A DNA stretch of 64,000 nucleotides from assembly GCF_009914755.1 (NCBI RefSeq), contig NC_060927.1; one strand, 5' to 3'. The notes beneath the pieces were generated by a model. It was not told the DNA's origin and ran no database searches. It saw only the letters and a program-made list of their open reading frames with translations. This document shows positions 29,570-43,586 of this stretch, one piece after another. How positions within the stretch are numbered: position 1 is the stretch's first letter; each line of letters starts with the position of its first letter. Source of the DNA: the human T2T-CHM13v2.0 reference genome, Homo sapiens. The translations under genes and the position numbers were made by a program.

Positions 29570-29833
29570 GTTTCCACCAACAGTGTATAATGGCTCTAAT
29601 TTCCCCATATTCTCACTGATATATATCACTGATATATATCACTGATATATATCAGTGAGAATATATCAGCCACCCTGACAGTTGTGGGGTAATATCTCAT
29701 TGCAGCTTTGAATAGCATTTCTTTGATGCTTAGTGACATTGAGCACCTTTTAACACTTCTGATGATGATTTATATGTCTTCTTTGGAAGAAAAAAAGTCT
29801 GTCTATTTTTTGTTGGATTATTTGTTTTTGCTG
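29570..29833 (-). mobile_element. Old L1 ORF2 3' fragment
   Basis: TCCACCAACAGTGTATAA...ATATCTCATTGCAGCTTTGAAT...GTCTTCTTTGGA. Confidence 0.7.
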
Positions 29834-31515
29834 AAGGAAATTGAAGATCTAAATAACCGGAAATACACTCCATGTCATGGATAGGAGATTAATATTGTAA
29901 AGACAGAAATAGTCACCGAAGTGATCTACAGATTCAGTGAAATCTCCAGTAGAATCTCAGCCAAGTTTATTGAAAAAATTGGTGAATGAATTCTAAAATT
30001 CATATGGAAATTCAAAGGGTACAGAATAGACAAAAACATCTTGAAAAAGAACAAAAGAGGAATATTCAGTCTTTCTAATTTCAAAACCTACTACAATGCT
30101 GCAGTGTGTGACAGTGTGAAACTGGTATAAAGATAGACATAAAGATCATGTAATAGAATTGAGAGTCTAGATATAAATTCTTACACTTAGGCAAACTGAT
30201 ATTCTACAAGGGTGTCAAGAAAATATAATCAGAAAAGAACAGTCTTTTCAACAATTGGTGGTGAAACAACTGGAAAGCCATATGCAAAAGAGTGAAGTTG
30301 AACCCCTACTTTAAAACATACGTAAAAATTAACTCAAAATGTATCCTATAGGCTTAAATATATGGGTTAAATCTACAAAATTATTAGAAGATACATTGGA
30401 GAAAGTATTTGCCTTGGATTAGGCAAAAGCTTCTTATACAACAAAAGCACTCATGACAAAAGAAAAAAATAAATGAATTGCGATTTTTCATTATGAAAAC
30501 CTTTTTTGTTACAAAAATGCCATCAAAAAATGTGAAAATACAACCCACCAAATGGGATACAATTCATGTATCTGACAAGACACTTGTATCCACAATGGAT
30601 AAAGAACTCTTTCAACTCAAAAACAATAAAAAATAAATAGACAAAATGAAAAATGTGCAAAGGATTTGAATAAGCATCTCTTTAAAAGGGACATATAAAT
30701 GGCCATGTGCATAAAAAGATGTTCAGCATTATTGGTTATTAGGGAACTGTAAAGCAAAAACATGATTAGGTGTCATTTCATACCCATTAGGATGACTAAA
30801 ATCAGAACAATCAACAGTAAGAAGGGTCAGTAAAGATGCAAATAAATTGGAAGCCTCAGATACACTGATGATGGTATTGTAAACTGGTGCAGGTATTTTG
30901 GAAAGCACTTTGGAAGTTTCCTGAAATGTTAAACATGAAGTCATATGATCTAGCCTTTCCACTTCTAGATATATATCCAAAAAAGTTGCAAACATATATT
31001 CACCAAAAGATCTATACAGAAATGTTTATAGCAGCATTATTCAAAATAACCAAAAGATGGAGAAGAAAAACCTAAATATCTACCACCTGATGGCTGAATA
31101 AAAAAAAAAATGTCTATCCATACAATAGAATACTTTTTTTAACAATAAAAAGAATGAAGTACTGATTCATGCTACAACACAGATGAACCTTAAACACATT
31201 ATGTTAAATAAAAAAAGCTAGACACAAAAGACCATGCATTTTATTATTTTATTTATTTGAAATATCCAGAATAAGAAAATCTATGAAGACAGACAGTAGT
31301 GGTTTTTGGGCTGAAGAAGAGTAGAAATGGAGAGTGACTGCTAATGTCTATGAGTCTATGGGGCTTCTTTTTTGGTTGATGAAAATGTTTTGGTATGAGA
31401 GTGATGATGGTTGCACTAAACTGAAAGCCCTAAAAACTACATTTGCACTTTGAATGGTAAATTTAATTGTATGTGAGTTATATTTTAATAAAACTGTTTT
31501 CTAAGTAAAAAATGA
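29830..31515 (+). mobile_element. 5'-truncated L1MB-type LINE (3' ORF2 and 3'UTR)
   Basis: Degenerate ORF2 (TTCTAAAATTCATATGGAAA, GAAATGTTTATAGCAGCATTATTC) followed by L1MB 3'UTR ending AATAAAACTG. Confidence 0.85.
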
Positions 31516-31563
31516 AATAAACACTAAAAGTTATTACTGTCTTAATGGAGTCTCCAAATCATC

Positions 31564-31603
<40 letters not shown>

Positions 31604-31878
31604 GACAGGGCCTTTCTCTGTCACAGAGCACAGCGGCACAATCATGGCTTACTGCAGCTTTGACTTCCAGGAATCAAAGGAGCCTCCTACCTCAGCCTCC
31701 AAAGTAGCTGGGACTACAGGCATGCACCACCATACCTGGACAATATTTTTAAAAGTTTTGTAGAGACAGAATCTTACTGTGATCCCCAGGCTGGTCTCAA
31801 ATTCCTGGACTCAAGTAATCCTCCTGCCTCAGCCTCCTAAAGTGGTGGAATTACAGGAGTGAGCCACTGTGCTATGCC
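31564..31878 (-). mobile_element. AluJ with (CAA)n-converted tail ((TTG)n on +)
   Basis: AATCATGGCTTACTGCAGC and CCTGGACTCAAGTAATCCTCC are J-type. Confidence 0.9.
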
Positions 31879-34114
31879 ACCAAATTATTCCTATGTTCTA
31901 ACTCTTCAGCTACACCATCAAATGAATCAGAATAATACAGGATACATATAAAGGTGAAAAACACATGAGTGATGCCTCATATTGACATAATGCACATATA
32001 CTTTCAATTCAAGAAAATGAGATTTACCTGCATTTCCTGAAGCATGAGATTTGTGTTAAATATTTAGGATCAATAAGTCAATACATATCTCTTTACGCCA
32101 GATTATGGGGGACTTTAAATGAAGTTGATCATGTATTAAAATTATTGAATATAGGTGATGGGTACAGGTAATGATACTATTCTGTTTTCATCACCCATTT
32201 GAAATTGTCATAATAAAAACTAAAAAGTGTATATTTTTAAACTACTGCTAGACACTGGAGAATATAAAAATAAATAAGCATGTCTTTGGTCCTTAATGAG
32301 TTGGAAATTTAATGGAGAAATACTGTACCACATACCCAAAAAGAATTATTTAAAAAGAAAAATTAATCAAAGGATTGTGGTTAAAGAGAGAGAGGTGGGT
32401 AGAGAAAGATGGCATCCTGCCAAAGTGTTATAAGGAAATGGCATTTAAGCTAAGATTTCAATAGGCAGAGCTGGGAGTGAAAAGCTGAGAGGACAAAAGG
32501 TGACAGGGTAGTTTCATGTTCAGAGCAGAGATTTGCTCTGGAGATAGCCTGAAGAATTTGTCTGAGTGGTAGGAATCACAGAGAAGAAAACCAGCTATAA
32601 GGCAATTGCAGTAAATCTATAACTGTAATACACAGAGCTGAATAAACGTGATAGCAGTTTTTAAAAAAAACAAGCCAGTTTGTTAAAATATATTAGGAAG
32701 AATGCATTCTTAAATAGCAAATGCTCTTGTTTTTCAGTAATAACAATGACAACCATCTTGTAATGTAAAGGACCACTAGAAGTCATTTAAACACATACTC
32801 ATTTAAGGGATAAAACATTAATTTTTGTTCAGTGTGAGCAACTGCTTTGATAAGAACATCAGTACTTCCTCTGTTTATCTATTCCATTCTTAGACACTCT
32901 CCCTCAGAACTAAGAAAGCTCACTGAATCTTAGTTATTCTCTCAGAAATCACAGAATAAACCTTAGCCTCACCCACATTACTTTCCTTCAATATTTTAGG
33001 ATGGTCTTCATGTTTGTCATACTTCATTCTAGAATAAACATCCCCAGTTGCATACAGTTTTCAAATTTAAGTTGAGTATTTATGGCTTACTAAAGGCTAC
33101 TGATACATTCAATCATGTAATCATTTTAGACATGAAGCAAAGGACCTAATAAAATAAACAATAAAAAATGTCCTCTGCAGCTATAGCCACACTGTGTCCA
33201 TGTGTCCTGTGAATGCCATCGTGCTTGCTCCAGTAGTGCACAGAATTCACACAAAGAGTTTTGGAAAACATGACTTCATCAATGATACCTTAGAGAAAAC
33301 ATACTGATGTTAAAGGATGTCTTTTTACTTACGTATAAGAAGTGAAGCAAAAGATATTTTCATTTTCAATCATATTGTTTCCTATGACAGAAATTACAAA
33401 TATCATTTTCTATTTCAATTTATTAAGGGAATAATAATAAAACTATTAATACTAAAAGTAAATATGGCCCTAAGAAATTATTTAATCCAGGCTCTTAGTG
33501 CTAAAGCTAATTTCTTTTATTTTCACAGTTGAAATTATAATGGCCCAGGAAATTGGAGAGACATGATTAAGATTACATCATTAATGAGTTTGGAGGTACC
33601 AGGGATCAATTGGGTGAACATGTAGGACCATCCTGTCCCATTTACAATAATTAAATTGTAGCCGTGTTTCAATGTTTATTATTATTATTAGTACTTCAGC
33701 TCTTAGAAATCCTGTTTTAATTTTAAATGTTATGATCCTCATTCTATCACAGACCCCTTTACAGTTTTCTCCCCTCCTCTTCCATCTGTGCAGTGGGAAG
33801 CCTCTAATATAACACTGAGCTGGAAAATCAGAAGTAGGAAGAAAGAAAAAGATGTCTTCTCTCTTATCCTGCACACTCACGTTCTACTTCAAAGTGAAAA
33901 GGCAAGAATATCTTTTAATAGTTTTATTGGCTAAAAAGTATTGTAATGAATCATGTAATTGTATTGCCTCAACATATGCTAAGTATTGTTAAATTCTGCT
34001 GTATCGAGTAATCACCTGTAAATGTTAAATATACTTTGTTTGATTTCTACAGCTGCAGATAACTAATAAATTGATGTAAATTAGCAGTCTTGATTTGAAA
34101 GATGTTTACAGGAG

Positions 34115-34690
34115 TGTATTGGTCAGGCTTCTCCAGAGAGACAGAACCAATGGGATATATGGAGAGATAATATGAGAGGGGATTTATTAGTGGAATTTGC
34201 TGACATAATCATGTACGCTGAGAAGTCCCACAACAGGCCAACTGCAGGTTGGAGACCCTAGGATTCTTATAGTGTGGTTCAGTCTAAGTCCGAAGGCCTG
34301 AGAACCAGGGAAGTCAATAGTGTTATTCTAAGGCCAAAGGCTTGAGAACCCAGAGGGCAACTGGTATAAGTCCTGGAGTACCAAGGCCACAGAGCTTGAG
34401 GTCCTGATGTCCAAAGTCAGGAAGAGAAGAGTGTCCCAGATCCAGAAGAAAAAGAGAGAGAGAAGGAGGGAGTAACGAAATGTTTTTCTCTTTTTTCTTC
34501 TGTCTGAGCCCCTAGCCAATGGAATGGTGCCTGACCACATTGAGGGTGGATTTTCCCCCACTGAGTTCACTGACTCACACACAAATCTCTTCCGAAAACA
34601 CCCTCAGAGACACAACCAGAAGTAATGCTTTACCAACTCTCTAGGTGTTACTTAGTACAGTCAAACTGACACCTAAAATAAACCAAGTCA
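34115..34690 (-). mobile_element. MLT2 (HERVL) solo LTR, MLT2B-like
   Basis: TGTATTGGTCAGGCTTCTCCAGAGAGACAGAACCAAT ... GTCAAACTGACACCTAAAAT..CA; perfect 5-bp TSD AGGAG (34110-34114 / 34691-34695). Confidence 0.9.
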
Positions 34691-36087
34691 AGGAGTGACT
34701 TGGAAAAATATTCACTGGTTATATATGTTTGTGAAAATATACAGAGTGCCTACTTCTTGGAGATTCTCAGATCATATTGTTACAGTAGCAAAGTTAAAAC
34801 AGTTGACAAACAAACATTTTTCTCTAAAGCATCTTCTTCATTCTTTTTGAAAACATGTCAGTGTGTATATGTGTATGTGTGTGTGTGTTTGCATGTGTGT
34901 GCATGTAAGATGTGTTGGTTTGTTTGTATGTATTTTTGTCTGGATTTTTGTTCTATTTTCCCCACATACAAATAACACAATAAACACAGGTAAACATGCA
35001 TGATTAAATAATAACTCATTGAATTTTTAAGAGTTCATAGTATTTGGCTTACCATATGCTTATGCAATTTATTATTATTCTCTCTTTTGACAGTGGCTAT
35101 ATAATATCTAACCTTCAGCTAAGGTACAATTATTTATCAGATACTTTTGTTTGAATTCAGACATTGTACTTGAAACCAGGAAAACTGCCTTTCAAGTAAA
35201 GCAAACGATCCATATACTTAGTTATCAAGGAAGGGCAACACCCTATTTAACAATTACTGTTAAGGAGTAATCTGCTAGTCATGTCTAATTTAAGCTTAAA
35301 GTCTTTTTACATTTTAAATATTTTTGATAAAAATATATATAAAATGTATTAAACAGTTCTTTCACTAAGGACACAGAACATAGTTTTATAATTACGTTAT
35401 GATGAACTGATAATTTCTAGACATTGGTACAACACAGTAGTATCTTTAGAAATAATTGAAATATAAGTATGATTGAATTCAACAAATTTATATTGATAAT
35501 GACTGTAAGTTTCTCTTAGCTGCTTTGTCTTTACACATGTTTGCTCTTTACATTTTATCAATTTATTTTTATTTAAATGCAACTAAAAATGATAAAAACA
35601 GAATATTTAAATTAATGTCGGTGTTATGTTATAGCTGTTTTACCCTAACCACAGAAGCATATAGAAATGTAACAATGTAACAGTTCTAAAACGTAGCTCA
35701 TTAGATGTTTGTCTAATATTAGATTGAAAATACTTGAAATAAAGAATTAGAAGCTCTCCTATGCACAGGCTATATGCAATACTTAACAACCAATATGGTA
35801 TGTGTACTGCCTGATGAACTTGAGCACCAGACACAGCACGGAAGCAGGATTCTGAAACTCTCCATCTGTATATCCTTTGAGTGCAGCATTATTAAGAGGA
35901 CTGAGGCTTTTGGAGTATAGGCCAAGGGCAGCTGCAACTCTGAAAAGTATTTGAAACCATTTGGAATTCATTCAATAAATTAACAACTACTGTGTTCAAA
36001 CCAGTGTGTACTGGCTGAATATTAAGCCTTTTCCTATAAACGTTAGCATGGGGAATGAGGTTAGTGACATGTATTTTAACTGCTCAA

Positions 36088-36090
<3 letters not shown>

Positions 36091-36120
<30 letters not shown>
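36091..36120. repeat. (CA)15 microsatellite
   Basis: Directly visible. Confidence 0.97.
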
Positions 36121-36122
<2 letters not shown>

Positions 36123-39100
36123 AACTGCATATATGTGTGTATTAAATGCACATATATTTAATTTTCTTGGCTGGTTCCAGGTGAATTTTGGATTGTACAT
36201 GTGATGGATAAGAGTTCTTCAGTTATTTTTGCATTTCGAACATCATTTTTAGTATTTAATTTCAAAAAGAAATTCCTGAAAGGTACTCTCTTATTTAATA
36301 ATTATAATATTGAAGAATATGATTATATCTAGGTTATCTTTGAGAGGCAAGAAAGCCTTTATAATTATCTGAACAACTGTTTAATATTAAGAATTTTCAA
36401 AATACTACCTAGGATAAGAAAAATTAGACATATATTATAATTGAAATAATTATTTAAAATTGTGCTTTGTACAGGGAGGAAATTTATAATAATTAGATAA
36501 CCATGATTGCCAGTTATTCAGATGAAAATTTTCTACATGATCACTTAGGAGGAGTAAAAGGTAGATAGTTCAGACTGTTGTTATTAAATTCTTTCCTTCT
36601 ATCTTAAGAAAAGCTTGACACTTTAATATCCCAAAAAGAAGGAATATTCTTTAAGAGTGCCATAGCTTCAAAAGTTGACTAGTTTCTCAGTAGATCACAT
36701 TGTTCTCTTAGAGATTTTAGTGTCATACTCAACATTGTAACCAGAGTCAAGAAATAAATGGCACACACTACAAGAACTGTAAGACGTATCTTGCTTTCAA
36801 GCCTTGAAGTTAATAGAAAAACACCATCTGTGACTATTCATTAGCGTGAACATAATAAATAACTATGATAACAAACAAAAGGTTTTATTTGAATTCCCTT
36901 TATCCTATTTCTATTGTACAGTCTTGCTCACATGCATAAGGAAAAGCTGTCTTGAAAAATATCTCAACCATATTTTATGTATAACCTATTGACTTAGTTA
37001 AACTATACAGCTATGAAATTAGTAGAGCTCCAGGGATATAAATTGTCTTGATTTTTAAGAATAGAATTTTTGTTGAGGTTTTAGGTGGTAATATATCAAG
37101 GTTTGTCTTTGAAATATACGTTTATACATATAGCTCACAGACAGCTCAAATATTTCTCCTGTCTAGTACAAAATATCTAAAACTCAAATTATAAAAATTG
37201 TCTAAATAAATATTTAATTCCTATTCATATTTTTTGTCAACAAATGGGCAGTATTTTGCTGATACAAGTATAAACTTCTCATGATCAGAGGCTACTTTCT
37301 CACAAACTTGTTTCACTACATTTTATTATACAACTATTTAATGATTTTGTTTTTTCTTTTTAAAAATTTAACCTTGGAAACTAATATTTTTGGCTTTTTT
37401 TCCCCACAGTTGCCTTGAAACACATAAATCACTAATGTCTTTAAAAAACAGATCAGGAGGAATTCATGTATTTGAAATGAATGCCTATGTGAGGCCTTAA
37501 TAAATCAATGTAAGTAGAAAAAATAGCTCATTTGTGTGCTTCAAATCTCTTAGACTACTTCTGTGATTGATTTAATGTTACTTATTAAAACAAATAGGTT
37601 AATACAATTAAAATGTTACAATCCATTAATGAAATTTCATAAAAAACTATAATATAATTTTTAATTACTTGAATGAATAAATTTAGTTTTTATAAATTTA
37701 GTACTAATATTTTCATTATGTTCTTAAAAACTAAAGCAAAATGTTATTTAATTATCATTGCCTAATTTTAAAAAGCATATAATTACAGAAAGAAAAACCT
37801 TTTTCCTAATATTGTAATGTAGACCATTTAAATGCATAGCTTGTCATATAAAAGACAGTTACTAATCTACTAGACAATACATTTTACCATAGTTTCACAA
37901 AGGACACAAAAATATTTAAGGAAAAATCCTTAGATTATCCTGCCAAAGAATCTGTTTGTAATAAGAAAGAACTCACTGATACTATCTCTGTGAAACCAAA
38001 GATGATACAGTTACAAAAGGTATTTTCTAAGGATCAAACCAGATAACTGCTATAGAAGTAAAACAAACAAAATTTAGAAAATATGTTTGAAATACCACAT
38101 TATTACTCAAGTCTCAAATGTTTCAGATGAACTTTTGGCATATTCTAAACTTATAAATTAATCCCAACCACACAACCTTGATTTTGCCAACACAATTGAA
38201 TTAACTATATCCCACTCTCTCTGCTACTCCACATCACTAGAAGATGAGTCTGACTCAAAATGAAAATGTAGAAAGCTGATGTCAGTAAGATGGTAGAATA
38301 GGAATCTCCAGATCCCCTTCCCCCCCAACAGAGATACTGATCCAACAATACACAGATTAATTTCCTTTGTGAGAAACAGTGAAAACAGTTAAAAGTCTCC
38401 TGAACCCTAGGTGAATGCAAAATCAGCTGCATCAAAGCTGGTAAAAAAAAAAAAAAAACAAAATAAACAAAAAACAAACCAAAAAAAAAACTGTGGCACT
38501 CACTCATTAGAGCCCTACCTGCTAGCTCAGTAAAGTCCAATTGAGAAGGAACTTCCAGTTTCTGTCTTCTCCCTGGAAAGGGAAATAAAAGACTGAAACA
38601 CATGTCCAAAGTCAACACTTTGCAGGGGGCTGCTAGATGAACTAGTTTCTGTTTTGCCTGAATCTAAGCACTGACAAAAAAGGTTTTAGTCTGGACAGTC
38701 TCTGAGAACAAAGACAAATGTTTAGACTACATAAACTCTCTTGCCAAAGTCTTCCTCATTTCAACTCAGTGCTGAAGGGGTGAGAGAAAATCCTCAACTT
38801 GTAACTTCTTCATGGAGAGGGAAAGAGGTAGAATGTGTGTCCAACATTCTGGTTTTTTGGAGGGTAGCCCTAGGGACCGGTTTCTGTCTCATCTGCGTCA
38901 AAGTGCTGACAGGACCCAGCGTATTCTAGATGTCTGAAGGCCCTTGAGAAGCAAAGAGAACTGAGCTGCCTGCTGCTGCTGCAGAGGATTTGGAATAAGC
39001 AGATGGAGGCTGAAACAACTTGATGGGCTCTCTCTCAGTGGGTAAAGAGAAGAATGAAGTGTTTATCCAACTTTCTGACTTTTGCGGACACTGTTTGAGG

Positions 39101-39656
39101 GACTGTTTGTGTCTCACCTAACTCAGAGTCCTGACAGGACCCAGCATACTCTAGGGTCCTGGAAGCTGTTGAGAACAAATGAAAGCTGTGTGGCTTGTGG
39201 CAGCTACAAAGAATCTTCAGTGTCATGGGCAAACACCAGAAAGAGCAAGTGATTACAAGGTCCTAAAAAAGAAACTGGCGAACTCCTCTAATTGGGAATT
39301 TATACACAGATGTTCAAGGAAGATGCATCTACAGAAAATGTTGGAGAAACCCTCAGAATCTCTAGCTTGGCTGATTGACAAAGGTCTTACCTGTATGATG
39401 TCTATCTTCAAAGATGGGGAGAAGTGGTTGTTTTTCAAATGAATGAATTTCAACAAAAAGTTACAAGACGCATGGTAAAACAATAAAACGTGGTCCATTC
39501 CAAACTAAAACTCTAGAAACTGGTCATAAAGAAGTGAAAGTATATAGATTATCTGTGAAAAAATTTAAAATGACAGACATTAAGGTGCTCAGTGAGCTCA
39601 GGAAAATGATACATAATCAAAATGAGAATATCAGCAAAGAGATAGAAATTATAAAA

Positions 39657-40006
39657 TGTGGCCGACTGCCACTACTACTACTTGAGACCGTCATTACAGC
39701 AGTTACTGCTGTTACTGCTTGAGACTGTCATTACAAGACTGAATGAACGGACGAACATAGAAATCATAACAGAAAACAAAAGTAACTATTTTAAGGAAAG
39801 GCTAGCATGGGGAAGAAGAGAGCTCCCTGCTTCTAGTGAGGAAAGGCAGCCCCTGAGCTTCCACAACCCTTCTTATTTATTGGGTAACAAGAGCAAGAAG
39901 GAGGAGGTAACGATTGGTCAGCTGCTTAATTGACCACAGGTTCATATTGTTACTGACAGGCTTCAATTATGCCTCATTATAAGAAACATTTGTGCGGCCT
40001 CCAACA
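39657..40006 (-). mobile_element. LTR18 (LTR18A-like, HERVL18) solo LTR
   Basis: 350 bp, TG..CA termini; reverse strand TGTTGGAGGCCGCACAAAT...CAATTAAGCAGCTGACCAATCGTTACCTCC matches recalled LTR18. Confidence 0.8.
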
Positions 40007-40779
40007 GCTGCAAACAGTCAACAAAATTACAAAGGAAGAGAGCAAGAAAAGAAAAGGACTAAAGAGCTACAAGACAGACAGAAACAACTAAGAAAAGGCA
40101 ATTGTAAGTACTCACTTATCAGTAATCAATTTAAATGTAAATGGTTGAACTCTTTGATCAAGAGAAATAGAATGGCTAAATGTATTTAAAAAATAAAAAT
40201 AAGATTCAACTATGCAATCTCTACAAGAGACCCACTTTATATTTAAAGAAACACATAGGCTGAAAGGGAAAGGAATGGAAAAGGTATTCTATGTAAATGA
40301 TAATAAAAAATTAGAAATGGCCAAACTTCTCTCAGACAAAATATACTTTGAATCGAAAAATGTCACAAAAGACAAAGATATCATAGAATAACAAGAGTCA
40401 AATTACTAGGAAGGTAAAACACGTATATTTACTCAACTTCAGAAAACTCACTTATATATGACAAACACCGACTTAATGGAAGGCAGAAATAAAATGTAAC
40501 ACAATAATACTAGGGGAGTTTCAACCCCGCTTTCAAAAACGGATAGAGAATCCAGACAGAAAATCAACAAGGAAATAGCAGATATGAAAACACTGTAGAC
40601 CAATGGTACCTAACAGTCATATACGGAACATTCCCCTAACAGCAGCAGAACAGGCATCCCTCTCAAGCACACTCAAAGCATTATCCAGGATAATTCACAT
40701 GTCAGACACAAAAATCTGAACAAATTTAAAAAGCTTTAATCATTCCAGTAATCTTCTCTATTCAAAATAGAATGAACCA

Positions 40780-40920
40780 AACAATAAATGCTTGAGGGGA
40801 TGGAAACCCCATTCTCCATGATGTGCTTATTTCACATTACGTAACTGTATCAAAACATCTCAGGTACCCCATAAATATACACACTTACTAGGTACCCATG
40901 AAAATTTAATAAAAAAAACT
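40780..40920 (+). mobile_element. Short L1PB-type 3' end nested in older L1
   Basis: ATAAATGCTTGAGGGGATGGAAACCCCATTCTCCATGATGTG...GTACCCATGAAAATT plus A-tail. Confidence 0.8.
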
Positions 40921-41143
40921 AATTTAAAAAGAAATAAATATTGAAAGAAAAACTGAAATTTCACAAATATCTGTTAATTAAATAATACATTTGACCCAAG
41001 GAATCACAGAAGATGTCAAAAGGGAAATTAGAAAATATCTTGAAACAAATCATAACAACAAACTTAAGAATGCTGCAAAAGCAGTACTAAGTGGAAAGTT
41101 TGTAACAGTATACAGCTATGTTGAAAAAAAAAATACTTATATC

Positions 41144-41442
<299 letters not shown>

Positions 41443-42889
41443 AAAATACTTATCTTAAATAAGTAACCTAATTTTCTGTATCATGGAACTAGAAAATGAA
41501 GAACGAACTAAGCTGAAAGTTAGCAGAAGGAAGGAAATAATAAAGGTCAGAGAAGAAATAAATGAAATCAAGACTAGAAAACTTAATATAGAAAAATTAA
41601 TAAAACTATGAGTAGGCTTTTTGGAGAATTTCTTTTAATTGACAAATCGTTATCTAGCTTAAGAAAAGAGAAAGAAGACTTAGATAAATAAAATTATTAG
41701 TGAAGGACAAGACATTGTAACTGACACTACAGACATAAAAAGGATTATAGAAGCTGTTATGAACAATTATATACCAACAACCTGGATAACTTAGAAATGG
41801 ATACACTCCTAGGAAAATATTACCAATAATAAATCATGAAAAAAATAGAAAGTTCTAACAGACCTACAAACAACAAGGAGGTTGAATCATAGTCAAAAGG
41901 CTCCCAACAATGAAAAATCCAGGACCAGATTGCTTTATTGGAGAATTCTACCAAACATGTAAAGAACTCATACTAATCCTTCGTAAACGCTTCCAAAAAA
42001 ATGAAGAAGAGGAACATTCCCAAACCCATTTTATTCAGCAGTAGTCTAATACCAAAGCCAGCCAAAGACACTATGAGAAAAGAAAACTATAGGCAAATAT
42101 CCCTGATAAACATAGATGCACACGAAAAGGATCATGCACCATGATCATGTAAAATAGTTACAGAGATCTGCTGTACAATAATGTTCATCTATTACAGTAC
42201 ATACAGTACAGTACTGTACTGTATAGTTAAAATCGTTAAGGAGGTAGATGTTGTGTTATGTGTTTTCTAACCAAAATAATAATAATAATAATAATAATAA
42301 TACAGAAAAGCAAAGAAAAAATGGAGTTGGGGAGGAATTGCTAGGCATTGTCCATTTAAATAATCAGTAACCTTACCAAAATTTTAAAGCTTGACTTCCA
42401 CCACTATCAGGATGCTTTTGGAATAAGAAAAATATGCTACATGGTGATTTGGATTTTTAATTCATTAGCATTATATACAATTTCAAGAAGAAAATAATAA
42501 AGCAACATATTAGGTTGTTTTACTTTGAGGAATTACCCAATTTTTAATAAAATACTGTGGTTAAAATCTGATTTGTTTGAGTATGGCTTTATAGATTTCT
42601 TCAGTGAGCTGCAAAAGGGAACAGATTTTTGTACTTTTTCCAGTAATGTATCTTTAAAACAACCAGAATGTACATATTTACAAAACACAAAACAACTTTT
42701 ATAGCTGACAGTTTAGCTATAAAATAACTCAACAAATTAGTAAAAAAATGAATCAACTTATAGATGCTATTTTATCTATGGTGAGTCTGTAATGTATAGT
42801 AGAAAGAACAAGGGCTTTGTTGCAAGACAGACCTAGGGACATTCTGATTAAATGTGATCAATTGCAAATTAAGCTTTCCTGAGTTTCAA

Positions 42890-43272
42890 TGTAGAAGGTA
42901 ACTTTTAGATTGTCTTTAAACTCATTACTACCACTGTCTGAAAAGTACCACTATACACAGGGAAAATCGAAACAGCTATGTGTGTACTGCCTGAATCCGG
43001 CTTCTTGACCACCATTGTTTGAGATAAAGGTACCTTGGATATTTAGGATTGTAATTCATAGAGTTTGAGTACATAAAGAACGTCTGTTTGGAACCGATGT
43101 TTTACCATAGATCAGCATAACAGATAAAGTTAGCCAGACACACACAAACAGGTCAAGGGAGGACCCTGAGGATCCTGATAGTTTTCCAGATCTCTCCTGA
43201 GATCTCGATGGACTCTTGTTTTATTTCTGCATAATAAACTTTCTAATTTTCTGCCTCTAACAGATCTTACCC
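42890..43272 (+). mobile_element. Unclassified LTR-like insertion splitting a MIR (MIR ~42790-42889 and ~43273-43380)
   Basis: TG start, AATAAA near the 3' end, 5-bp flanking repeat TTCAA (42885-42889 / 43273-43277); MIR sequence continues across it. Confidence 0.5.
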
Positions 43273-43586
43273 TTCAATTTCCCAAAACATAAAGAAATAA
43301 AAATGTTGCCTTACTACCTTGCAGGGTCAGGCAATCTTCAGTGCAGTTAGCAGGGGCTCAATAAATGTTAGCTATCATTTTTTTACTTAGGAAGCTAATC
43401 AGGTAAAATCAGAACTTGGCTCAAAGCATTTAACACCAGAAGGAACCTTAGAGCTATGAATCTGAGAAGGCTGGAGATAATCTCTTATGCATTATGTATT
43501 TCTATAAATAATCACATTTTCTTCGAAAAATATTCTATAATTCTAATCTTACCCTCATTCAAAGACAATTTCTGTTAAAGGAAATA

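Noticed and set aside
29570-31515. Possible twin-priming 5' inversion of the L1MB element
   Set aside because: The inverted fragment corresponds to ORF2 sequence also present in the forward part (~30650-30890), so these are more likely two separate elements.
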